Assembly: GCA_023251835.1 (NCBI GenBank)
Contig: JAHEXZ010000019.1
Coordinates: 9,168-73,167, forward strand
Origin: Bacteroidota bacterium
Lineage (GTDB): Bacteria > Bacteroidota > Bacteroidia > 2-12-FULL-35-15
Length of the DNA stretch: 64,000 nucleotides
Reading direction: 5' to 3'
Part shown: positions 23,033 to 31,967 of the stretch, piece by piece
How the letters are laid out: every line of letters starts with the position of its first letter
Position numbering within the stretch: position 1 is the first letter of the stretch
Translations under genes and position numbers: made by a program
The notes under the pieces: model-generated
Databases searched by the model: none
The model's input: only the letters and a program-made list of their open reading frames with translations
What the model was told of the DNA's origin: nothing

Positions 23033-23482
23033 ATGCTGGAATACGGAATAGGCGGAACTGAGCGGAAATTGAACAATGCGAACGAAGCATTCGGAGATAT
23101 TTCTCCGAACAGAACTATATTTGTTCAAAAACTTACCCAAGACCCTCCCTACTCTCCGGAGGCTGTATTTGATCTAAAAACTGTAGAAGAAGTGTTTGAC
23201 CATTTTCAGCCAACCTGTGATATTGATTTTGAAACAGCCGATGGTGCTACACAATCAGAAACAATCCGTTTCAATAATTTAGGCGATTTTGGACCTAAAG
23301 GAATTAAAACCAATAGTAAATTTTTAGAGGACTTATCAAATACAGAAGAACAACACTTAAAAATTGTGAAAGAGCTAAAATCAAACCGTGCTTTGCAAAA
23401 TGTTGTTCAAAACCCGGAAACAAGGCAAGCTCTTATTTCCTCTATTCAGGCAATGATTGCTGAACTTGAAGCCGGAGCCTAA
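23033..23482 (+). CDS. tssB: T6SS-iii contractile sheath small subunit TssB
   Basis: YGIGG.E...NRT.FVQKLT...VFDHFQP...F.NLGDFG pattern of Bacteroidota TssB; directly precedes tssC. Confidence 0.88.
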   Translation: MLEYGIGGTERKLNNANEAFGDISPNRTIFVQKLTQDPPYSPEAVFDLKTVEEVFDHFQPTCDIDFETADGATQSETIRFNNLGDFGPKGIKTNSKFLEDLSNTEEQHLKIVKELKSNRALQNVVQNPETRQALISSIQAMIAELEAGA

Positions 23483-23539
23483 AAAAAAAATTTTAAAACG
23501 TAATTTTTTCATAATCCCAAATAAAAAAATAGAAAACGT

Positions 23540-24913
23540 ATGAGTCCGGAAACAAATCCTGAATTCGAATCCTCTAAACAAGAAAAATTTGCTCCTAAAG
23601 AAGGAGCTGTTGATATTAATGAAAGTATTACCAAACTTGCAAAATTTGGTGGATTTAAAATTATTGAAGGAAGTATAAAAGGTACTCAAAACCTCAATCC
23701 TGACTCAAAAGCAAGGAAAAAAATATTCCTGACCGATGCCAGCAAAAAAGCTGAACGTGAAACACTGAAAAAAACTCTGGAAATATGGAAAGATTTAATT
23801 TCCAGCTCTAATGACATTACTGAAATGGTTACCAAAAGCCAAAACAGTGCAGATGTCGCTTCTAAAACCTTAAAAAACAATCTGAAAAAAGCTGTTGAAG
23901 CTACCAAAGAAATGGAAGCATCCTACCGCTCGCTTCAGCTTTTCTTTAAAAATACAGAGTCTGACAAACTCAAAAATCTCACCATTTTTAATGCCGACCT
24001 GGAACAGTTAAAAGATTTGGATAATCCTATTTTCTTTAATGATATAGCCGAACATATCAAAGGTGGATATGACAGAATGGATTTAAGAGAAAACTATTCC
24101 ATCTTATCAATTCCCGGATACCTTGGTTCCGGTGCCGTTATTGATAAATGGGCTAAACTATGCCATGACAATAAAGTTATGCTGGTAACAGATTTTGAAA
24201 ATCTGGAAACCCCTGACGGAGTTTTGGATTTTTTTGAATCATCAAAACTAACAGGCGGTGAAGCACATAAGTCAAACGTAATAATGGCTTGCAACTGGAT
24301 AGTTGGCAGAGGTAAAGATGCAGAAATCGGAGAAGATGAAGATGTTCATGTAGCACCTTCCTCTGCACTTGCAGGAAACATATACAAAACATTAATGTCA
24401 CAAGTTGCAGCCGGCAAAAAACACGGAGGATTAAACGAAGTTAGTGCCGTTAGATTCCCATTGAAAAAATCTGAAATTACAAGCCTGGAAAAAGCAGGAT
24501 TGATTCCAATGGTTAATGAATATGGGAAAGTAATGGCAATGTCTGCTAAAACATTATTTACAGGCGATAATTTGGGATTACAAACCTACTCTGTTGTAAG
24601 GGTGTTTGACTATGTTATGAAGGTATTAATGGACTTCCTAAACAGAAGAGCTTTCGAAAATTTTGATGTAAATACCAAAAAAGATCTGCAAGCCCAAATT
24701 GAAAAATGGCTCGACCAAATTACAGGGCCTGGAAAATTAATTGAAAAGTTCAAAATTCTTAAATTTCAACAAGATCCAAACCAAAAAGACCGTATATTCT
24801 TGGATATACACATCACCCCCTATTTCCCTGCCAAAAACTTTGTTATTTCTTTGGATGGACAAAAAGGAGATGATGCTGATGCAAGCTGGAAAGCGGAATA
24901 TAAACAACAATAA
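23540..24913 (+). CDS. tssC: T6SS-iii contractile sheath large subunit TssC (DUF5458)
   Basis: NYSILSIPGYLGS, MSQVAAGKKHG, LGLQTYSVVRVFDY, ITPYFPAKNF. Confidence 0.9.
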   Translation: MSPETNPEFESSKQEKFAPKEGAVDINESITKLAKFGGFKIIEGSIKGTQNLNPDSKARKKIFLTDASKKAERETLKKTLEIWKDLISSSNDITEMVTKSQNSADVASKTLKNNLKKAVEATKEMEASYRSLQLFFKNTESDKLKNLTIFNADLEQLKDLDNPIFFNDIAEHIKGGYDRMDLRENYSILSIPGYLGSGAVIDKWAKLCHDNKVMLVTDFENLETPDGVLDFFESSKLTGGEAHKSNVIMACNWIVGRGKDAEIGEDEDVHVAPSSALAGNIYKTLMSQVAAGKKHGGLNEVSAVRFPLKKSEITSLEKAGLIPMVNEYGKVMAMSAKTLFTGDNLGLQTYSVVRVFDYVMKVLMDFLNRRAFENFDVNTKKDLQAQIEKWLDQITGPGKLIEKFKILKFQQDPNQKDRIFLDIHITPYFPAKNFVISLDGQKGDDADASWKAEYKQQ

Positions 24914-25056
24914 AATTAATAACTTTTAAATCTTTTTTCTGAAAAAATTATTCTGAGAGGATTTATAAATTATATAATAACTCCGATACGTATCGGCTAA
25001 AATCCAATAAATCTATAATTATTTATTCATTTATTAACCCTTAAATTTTAAACACT

Positions 25057-25455
25057 ATGTCATTTCAAGCACATTTATCAATTGAAGGAGGTTCTGATAT
25101 CAGATTGCTTCATTGCAGCTATTCTTTAAACAGAGATGTTGATGCAACCGGACGTCCATCCTCAATGGTACGCGGTGGAACGGTACAATTTACAATAGAG
25201 TCTACGCATGATACCCAGTTAAATGAATGGATGGTTGACCAGTTTACTACAAAACAAGGCCGTGTAACTTTTTTTAAACGTGATTCCAACACTAAAATGA
25301 AAGAATTAAAATTTGAAAATGCTTACATTGTTCACATAACTGAATCATATGATGCCACAGGCACTAATCCTATGACAATTCATTTTACCATTACCGCTGA
25401 AAAAATTACTGTTGGTAGCGCAACCCATACTAATCCTTGGCCTAAAGAATCTTAA
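25057..25455 (+). CDS. tssD: T6SS tube protein Hcp/TssD, copy 1
   Basis: MSF.A.L...LHCSY...DATGRPSS.VRGG...MKELKFENAYIV...ITAEKI...H.NPWP. Confidence 0.92.
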   Translation: MSFQAHLSIEGGSDIRLLHCSYSLNRDVDATGRPSSMVRGGTVQFTIESTHDTQLNEWMVDQFTTKQGRVTFFKRDSNTKMKELKFENAYIVHITESYDATGTNPMTIHFTITAEKITVGSATHTNPWPKES

Positions 25456-25536
25456 TAGCAAAAACAATAAAAATTCATTATATATAAAACAGATTTTCAC
25501 AATTAACCTTAGTACTAACCCTTAATCATAGAAAAC

Positions 25537-25935
25537 ATGTCATTTAACGCAAAATTATCTATTGAAGGCGGATCTGAAATCAGATTACTTCACTGCAGTT
25601 ATTCTTTAAACAGGGATGTTGATGCAACTGGCCGTCCTTCTTCAATGGTACGTGGAGGAACGATACAGTTCACAATTGAATCCACTCACGACACTTCATT
25701 AAATGAATGGATGGTTGATCAATTTACTACAAAAAAGGGGAATGTTATTTTTTTGAAGCGTGATTCTAATACTAAAATGAAAGAATTGAAATTTGAAAAT
25801 GCTTACATTGTAGCATTAACAGAATCATACGATGCTGTTGGAGCTAACCCTATGACAATTCATTTTACTATTACAGCCGAAAAAATTTCAGTTGGCAGTG
25901 CAACGCATACCAATCCTTGGCCTAAAGAAGCCTAA
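25537..25935 (+). CDS. tssD: T6SS tube protein Hcp/TssD, copy 2
   Basis: Same motifs; close paralogue of copy 1. Confidence 0.92.
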   Translation: MSFNAKLSIEGGSEIRLLHCSYSLNRDVDATGRPSSMVRGGTIQFTIESTHDTSLNEWMVDQFTTKKGNVIFLKRDSNTKMKELKFENAYIVALTESYDAVGANPMTIHFTITAEKISVGSATHTNPWPKEA

Positions 25936-26025
25936 AATAATTGTTAATTTTTAGTCCCGATAGCTATAGCTATTGGGGCTGAATTCAAAAAATTTATTTT
26001 ATTAACCCTTAAAACCCCTAAAACT

Positions 26026-26424
26026 ATGTCATTTAAAGCAAATTTATCTATTGAAGGCGGTAGTGAAATCAGACTGTTGCATTGCAGTTACGCCCTTACC
26101 AGAGATGTTGATGCAACCGGCCGGCCATCGTCTGCAGTAAAAGGCGGAATTGTTAAATTTGTAATCGAATCAACTAATGATACTTCACTAAACGAGTGGA
26201 TGGTTGATCAGTTTACACATAAAAATGGACATGTTGTTTTTATGAAACGGGATTCTAACACCAAAATGAAAGAATTGAAGTTTGAAAATGCCTACATTGT
26301 TGAATTAAATGAAATTTTCGATTCAGTTGGGGAAAATCCTTGTAAAATTCATTTCACAATTACTGCTGAAAAAATCAAAGTGGGAAGTGCTACTCATACA
26401 AATCCTTGGCCTAAGGAATCTTAA
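26026..26424 (+). CDS. tssD: T6SS tube protein Hcp/TssD, copy 3
   Basis: Same motifs; most divergent paralogue. Confidence 0.92.
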   Translation: MSFKANLSIEGGSEIRLLHCSYALTRDVDATGRPSSAVKGGIVKFVIESTNDTSLNEWMVDQFTHKNGHVVFMKRDSNTKMKELKFENAYIVELNEIFDSVGENPCKIHFTITAEKIKVGSATHTNPWPKES

Positions 26425-26442
26425 ACAAAAATTATTTTACCT

Positions 26443-26487
26443 AAAAAACGATCTGAAGGACTTTTTGTTTTTTAGATCGTTTTTTTA
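26443..26487 (+). terminator. Probable intrinsic terminator after the hcp cluster
   Basis: aaaaaacgatct ... agatcgttttttt stem followed by a T-run. Confidence 0.55.
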
Positions 26488-26608
26488 TTTGTGGAATTCC
26501 CCGATAAAATCAGAAGGAGCAAGTCTTGTTTGTACTAGGAACTGAAGTTGTAACGCTGAAATGCTTACTTTTAACCCAAATTTTACAAAGTAAAATTTCT
26601 GCTTGCAG

Positions 26609-26674
26609 CGATATAGTGTTTGTAAGATTTCCCAACGCGCTTGCTCAATAGAAAATCTTACAAACACTATATCG
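26609..26674. repeat. Perfect 22-bp inverted repeat (MITE-like hairpin)
   Basis: cgatatagtgtttgtaagattt / aaatcttacaaacactatatcg with a 22-nt loop. Confidence 0.75.
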
Positions 26675-26736
26675 GGATTAACCCTGATGCCATATATATT
26701 TCAGCGCACTTTGCATTTTTTATAGGATATTAATCA

Positions 26737-29211
26737 ATGAAGAAATTATATATAGCACTTTTTTATAGCTTCCTTTTTATACTAAATAATGTTAATAGCT
26801 TCTCTCAATGTATTTCCTGTGATGTACATGCATGTATTGATGTGATTGATTATCTTCATGTTCAGGGTAACCAAATGTGGTGGGTTCATCAGGGAGGCTC
26901 AAACCCAGGCCAACATTCCAGTTGTTCTGGTGATGTATTATCTGTTAATGGAACACCTTGGGGAGCATGGAGTAATCCATTTATACTTGCCGGTGTTACA
27001 AGTTGTATGGATGTTACCTCCACAGTAACACAATGTTCTAATAGTTGCAGTCTAATACAAGCCCCTAGCGGAAATAATGGTTGGGAAACCATTTATAAAT
27101 TTGATGATAGCGGTCCTTCTGCGGCACACAATTATAAAATTCTTTTCACTTTTTGTCCTTTCACACCTACTTCTACTTTTTCTGTTAGTTCCCCTGCGTG
27201 TGCAGGAAATGACGTAACCATTACATATACCGACACAGCCACAGACACTGCGGCTTATAATTGGAATTTTGATGGGGCAACCATTGTATCGGGTTCAGGA
27301 AAAGGGCCTTATATAGTTAATTGGCCTGCCCCCGGTAATTATAATGTTACACTTGATGTTACAGAATGTTCCTCTACTTCTTCTACTACAACGGTTCCAG
27401 TAACAGTAGCAATAAGTCCTTCCTCTGCTTTTAATACTATATCACCTGTTTGTAAAGATTCAATTTCTGTCATTACATATACAGGCAATGGCTCTGGTAG
27501 TGCCAACTATAACTGGAACTTTGATGGAGGTAATATTATATCAGGCACCGGACAAGGACCTTATATGGTTAGTTGGCCTGTGGCCGGAACTAAAAATATT
27601 ACGTTACAGGTAGATGAAAACGGATGTCTTTCGCCTGTTACAACAGATACAATAACGATTATCGCTCCCCCAACATCAACTTTTACTGCTTCTGCGCCCG
27701 TTTGCCAGGGCGATATGGCAACAATTGCATACACAGGGAATGCCTTGGCAAGTGCTTCTTATAATTGGAATTTTGATGGTGGAACTATTGTGTCTGGCTC
27801 TACACAGGGACCTTATAGTATCCATTGGTCATCTTCTGGCACTAAAAATATCTCTCTTATTGTAACAGAAAACAGTTGTCCTTCATTAATAACAACGGTT
27901 CAGCAAATGGTTGAACCTCTTCCCTCGGCAAATTTCATATTTTCAGATGTTTGCTTAAATGAAACAATGTTCTTCAATGATTCATCAATTGCTTCAGGTA
28001 CGCCAATTGCCAGCTGGTCATGGAACTTTGGTGATAACAGCCCTGTTAACAATAACCAGAATCCCTCTTATACTTATAGCAACAATGCAACATATAGTGT
28101 TTCTCTACTGGTAACGGATAGCAGTGGCTGCAAAAATGCTGTTACAAAAACAGTTATTGTTCATCCGCTACCAACAGCTATCGTTTCTACATCAAATGTT
28201 TGTCACGGCTCTACAGCACAATTTAACAGCCAATCGGTAATCACAACCCCTGATAGTATTATTCTTTCGTTATGGGATTTTGGAGATGGCAATACTTCTG
28301 GTGGTACATCTGTTGCGCATCTTTACTCGGCAGCCGGATCATATTCAGTTAAATTACTGGTTACTTCAAATGCCGGTTGTCCTGATTCCGTTACTGCAGT
28401 ATTTGTTGTTAATCCCAACCCTTCTGTAGCTTTTATTTCCAGTGACACAGTTGGATGTACTCCTCTTTGTATTTCTTTCCAGGATTCAACTCCTGGCTCT
28501 AATATCCAGTGGGTGTGGCAAACTGGCGATGGAACAACAGTAAACAATTCACAGAATTTTAATCATTGCTATACAAATGATTCAGTCTTTTCACAAGTAT
28601 TTTACAGTCCAGGTATCACAGTTACTTCTGATAGTGGATGTATAAGCGCGTTAACAAAAAATAATTATATTGCTGTATATCCTAACCCACTTGCAGGTTT
28701 CATAGCTCAACCGGATACTGAACCTTACACCACTCCAATTATTTCGCTTACCGACTTATCTATCGGAACAACATCCTGGAAATGGAATTTTGGTGATCTT
28801 CAAACAGATTCTTCATCCACTCCTTTACCTCATTTTTATGCTGATACGGGAACCTATACTATAACTTTGATTTCATCTAACTCCTATAATTGTAAGGATA
28901 CGGCATATCAAACAGTAAGTATAGAACCCGATTTTGTATTTTATATTCCAAATGCATTCACTCCGGATGAAGACGGTATTAATGATACTTTTTCTGCTAA
29001 AGGAACCTTCGTCAGCTCTTATGAAATGAGAATATTTGACCGTTGGGGAAATATGGTTTTCTTCTCCGATAGTTTGGATAAACCTTGGGGTGGTAAAATA
29101 ATCAACAGTGAAACCACAGCCCAACGCGATGTATATATTTATTCGATTATGGTTACGGATATAAAAAACCGTAAACACAATTATAAAGGACTTGTTTCTT
29201 TAATTAGGTAA
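26737..29211 (+). CDS. Multi-PKD-domain surface protein with T9SS type-B (gliding-motility-associated) C-terminal domain
   Basis: Signal peptide; YNWNFDGG and WNFGD PKD-type repeats; C-terminal YIPNAFTPDEDGINDTF...IFDRWG...W.G...GLVSLIR. Confidence 0.9.
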   Translation: MKKLYIALFYSFLFILNNVNSFSQCISCDVHACIDVIDYLHVQGNQMWWVHQGGSNPGQHSSCSGDVLSVNGTPWGAWSNPFILAGVTSCMDVTSTVTQCSNSCSLIQAPSGNNGWETIYKFDDSGPSAAHNYKILFTFCPFTPTSTFSVSSPACAGNDVTITYTDTATDTAAYNWNFDGATIVSGSGKGPYIVNWPAPGNYNVTLDVTECSSTSSTTTVPVTVAISPSSAFNTISPVCKDSISVITYTGNGSGSANYNWNFDGGNIISGTGQGPYMVSWPVAGTKNITLQVDENGCLSPVTTDTITIIAPPTSTFTASAPVCQGDMATIAYTGNALASASYNWNFDGGTIVSGSTQGPYSIHWSSSGTKNISLIVTENSCPSLITTVQQMVEPLPSANFIFSDVCLNETMFFNDSSIASGTPIASWSWNFGDNSPVNNNQNPSYTYSNNATYSVSLLVTDSSGCKNAVTKTVIVHPLPTAIVSTSNVCHGSTAQFNSQSVITTPDSIILSLWDFGDGNTSGGTSVAHLYSAAGSYSVKLLVTSNAGCPDSVTAVFVVNPNPSVAFISSDTVGCTPLCISFQDSTPGSNIQWVWQTGDGTTVNNSQNFNHCYTNDSVFSQVFYSPGITVTSDSGCISALTKNNYIAVYPNPLAGFIAQPDTEPYTTPIISLTDLSIGTTSWKWNFGDLQTDSSSTPLPHFYADTGTYTITLISSNSYNCKDTAYQTVSIEPDFVFYIPNAFTPDEDGINDTFSAKGTFVSSYEMRIFDRWGNMVFFSDSLDKPWGGKIINSETTAQRDVYIYSIMVTDIKNRKHNYKGLVSLIR

Positions 29212-29646
29212 AATATTGATTTGGTGTAACGCCTCCGGGGTTATTTGTGCATTTTCTTGTACACCTTATTGATTTTTGGTGGGTTAAACCGGGATTTTTC
29301 AGTTGATTTTTTAAATCAACTGAAAACAGCTCCTGATAAGGAGCGTACCCGGTAACCCCGACTTAGAAAATCTTACCCTGAGCAATTTTGCGAAGTTTAG
29401 ATTTTATTAATCGTTTGCAGTTCAATAAAAATTGAACTGTAATATTTGGGTTAAAATAAATAATTTAAAAAAGGTATAATCTTCGTTTTTTTTCTTTAAC
29501 TTAGTATCTTTAGTACAATAGGGTTTCATATTGACCTTAACTTTATGAGAGATTCTGTAAGATAAATTTATGGATACAACTAAAAAAAGTTACAACATCA
29601 CTCAATAAATATATTAACCTGCTTTATTTATTAAAATTATCAAGTT

Positions 29647-31464
29647 ATGGAAACACACGTTAAAACCAATATTGAGCTTGGTGGTCAAAAAAAAATCACA
29701 GCTTTTAAACAACTGAATATTAAGCAGAGTGAAAACAATCATCATTCATTTGAGCTGAGATTGCCGCTTCAGGATGTTGAAGGCAATGACATTGTTAACC
29801 TTCAGAAAAGCAAAGATTTTATTGGCAAACCAATTAAAATAGAAATACTGCCTGAAAAAAATTCTAAACAAACAAACCAGTTTAATCAATTTAACGGAAT
29901 CATTACTGATATAAAAATTTCGCGCTTTGGCGGAAATATAAGTGATCTTATTATCTGTGGTTATAGCCCGACAATAATTTTGGATGATGGGCCCAACACC
30001 AGATCATTCTCAGAAAAATCATTAAGCCAAATCATCAATGAAGTTTTAAAACCTTATCCTAAAAATGATTTGATTTGTAAAATAAACCCTGTTCCTGATA
30101 CAACAATTCCTTTCTTAATTCAATATAATGAAAGTAATTTTAACTTCTTGCAAAGAATTACACAAACCTACGGACAATGGTCATATTATAATGGAAAAGA
30201 TTTTATTTTAGGTAACCTTGAATCAGATAATGACCAGATTGAATTAAACGTAGGCCAGGATTTGATCGATTTTGAATTAGGACTCCGATTGCGACCACTT
30301 AAATACAAAGCTACCAGCTATCAATATGAAGAAAATCAAACTATAGAACACTCCGGAAGCCAGGTTGCCCTTTCTGGGCTTGACCAAAACGGAAGCTTTG
30401 CCAGCCAGGAATCAGATAGTTTATATGGACAAGAACCATTAAACAATTCACATCATTTTTTTAAAAATTTAAATGAACAAAAAGATTTTTATAAAAGTAA
30501 AAAATCTTCAAATGCTGCCGGACTTGTAATTGCCAGAGGAATGAGTGTAAATCCTAAATTAAAAGTTGGCTCGAAAGTAACTATCAAATCTGCAGCAGAT
30601 AAACAAAAAGAAAATTATGGTTCTTATACCATTATAAATGTTTCGCATTATACAGATGGTATGGGTATATACAAAAACAGTTTTGAGGCAATTCCTTCTA
30701 CTTTAACCATTCCTCCTCAAAACCCAAACTGTAGCGTACCAACATGTGGTATTCAACCGGCAACAGTTAAAGACAATAATGATCCCGATAAATTAGGAAG
30801 AATAAGAGTACAATTTTTCTGGCAAAAAAGCCCTGAAAAAACGCCATGGATACGTATGGTTACTCCTCATTCCGGGAAGAATAAAGGCTTTCAGTTTTTG
30901 CCTGAAGTTGGTGATGAAGTATTAGTGGGCTTTGAAAATAATAATCCGGATTTTCCTTATGTAATTGGTTCCTTATATCATGGAAAAGCAAACCATTCCG
31001 ACAGGTTTGATGCCGACAATTATGTAAAAACAATTCGTACAGTAAGTAATAATGAAATAAAATTTTTTGATAAGCCCGGTGAAGAAACAATCACTATACA
31101 TAATAAAGAATCTGCCAACATTATTGTGTTGAATATTAAAGAAGATAAAATATACATTAAATCAAACGGCACAATTGAAATGCTTGCCAAGGATATAAAA
31201 GTAGATGCTGAAAAAACAATTAAAATGAAAGCAGATGAAATTACTATATCCTCAAAAAGCAAAATGTTGCTGGAATCAGAAAATTCATTTACTGTAAAAA
31301 ATAAAACTTCAAAAATGGAGTCGAACAGCAAAGCAGAAATTAAATCGGCAGGTAAAATGGAAATCCAGGCTGCCTCAGGCTTAGATATTGATGGCGGGCC
31401 AAAAGCGTCTTTATCGTCATCAGCTCAAATGGAAATAAAATCCGGACTGGTAAAGATTAACTAA
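29647..31464 (+). CDS. vgrG: T6SS spike protein VgrG (TssI), no C-terminal effector extension
   Basis: QYNESNFNFLQR, DPDKLGRIRVQF.W...TPWIR, FLPEVGDEVLVGFE..NPD.PYVIGSLY; ends VKIN. Confidence 0.93.
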   Translation: METHVKTNIELGGQKKITAFKQLNIKQSENNHHSFELRLPLQDVEGNDIVNLQKSKDFIGKPIKIEILPEKNSKQTNQFNQFNGIITDIKISRFGGNISDLIICGYSPTIILDDGPNTRSFSEKSLSQIINEVLKPYPKNDLICKINPVPDTTIPFLIQYNESNFNFLQRITQTYGQWSYYNGKDFILGNLESDNDQIELNVGQDLIDFELGLRLRPLKYKATSYQYEENQTIEHSGSQVALSGLDQNGSFASQESDSLYGQEPLNNSHHFFKNLNEQKDFYKSKKSSNAAGLVIARGMSVNPKLKVGSKVTIKSAADKQKENYGSYTIINVSHYTDGMGIYKNSFEAIPSTLTIPPQNPNCSVPTCGIQPATVKDNNDPDKLGRIRVQFFWQKSPEKTPWIRMVTPHSGKNKGFQFLPEVGDEVLVGFENNNPDFPYVIGSLYHGKANHSDRFDADNYVKTIRTVSNNEIKFFDKPGEETITIHNKESANIIVLNIKEDKIYIKSNGTIEMLAKDIKVDAEKTIKMKADEITISSKSKMLLESENSFTVKNKTSKMESNSKAEIKSAGKMEIQAASGLDIDGGPKASLSSSAQMEIKSGLVKIN

Positions 31465-31535
31465 GAATTTTTGAATTTTAGAGTTAAAGGAATTGCAACT
31501 ATAGAAAGTATAATTCAAAAATTACAAAAAAACGT

Positions 31536-31964
31536 ATGCAATATTATAGCTTCCCTTTATTATTTACCGACTTATTAAAAAAAAACGATCTGGCAAAATG
31601 CCGTGATATAAAAGAATCTATAAGTCAGAACATTCATTTGATTTTAATTACCCATTTCGGAGAATATAAGCAGGATCCTTCCTATGGGTGCTCTATCTGG
31701 GATAATGATTTTGAAAATATTGTTTCAATAAACTTATGGAAAGAACAGGTTGGAAAGTCTTTAAAAATTGTTTTAACTAATCATGAACAACGATTAACAA
31801 ATATTACTGTTAAAACAGATATTGGGCAGGAAGAAGTTGTAAACTCACACTTAAAAAAACTAAAGAAAAAGGTAGAGGTTAGTGTTGAAGCCAATATAGT
31901 TGAAACCAATGAACCTTTTTATTTTAGAGACAGCCTATTCATTAGTCCTTTATCTTTTGATTAA
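31536..31964 (+). CDS. tssE: T6SS baseplate TssE (gp25-like)
   Basis: SISQNIHLILIT.FGE...YGCSIWD.DF...E.RL...FISPLS. Confidence 0.88.
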   Translation: MQYYSFPLLFTDLLKKNDLAKCRDIKESISQNIHLILITHFGEYKQDPSYGCSIWDNDFENIVSINLWKEQVGKSLKIVLTNHEQRLTNITVKTDIGQEEVVNSHLKKLKKKVEVSVEANIVETNEPFYFRDSLFISPLSFD

Positions 31965-31967
31965 TAT

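Noticed and set aside
26737-29211. Calling the PKD protein TssP
   Set aside because: It has a cleavable signal peptide, many PKD repeats and a T9SS type-B CTD, unlike the short membrane-anchored TssP
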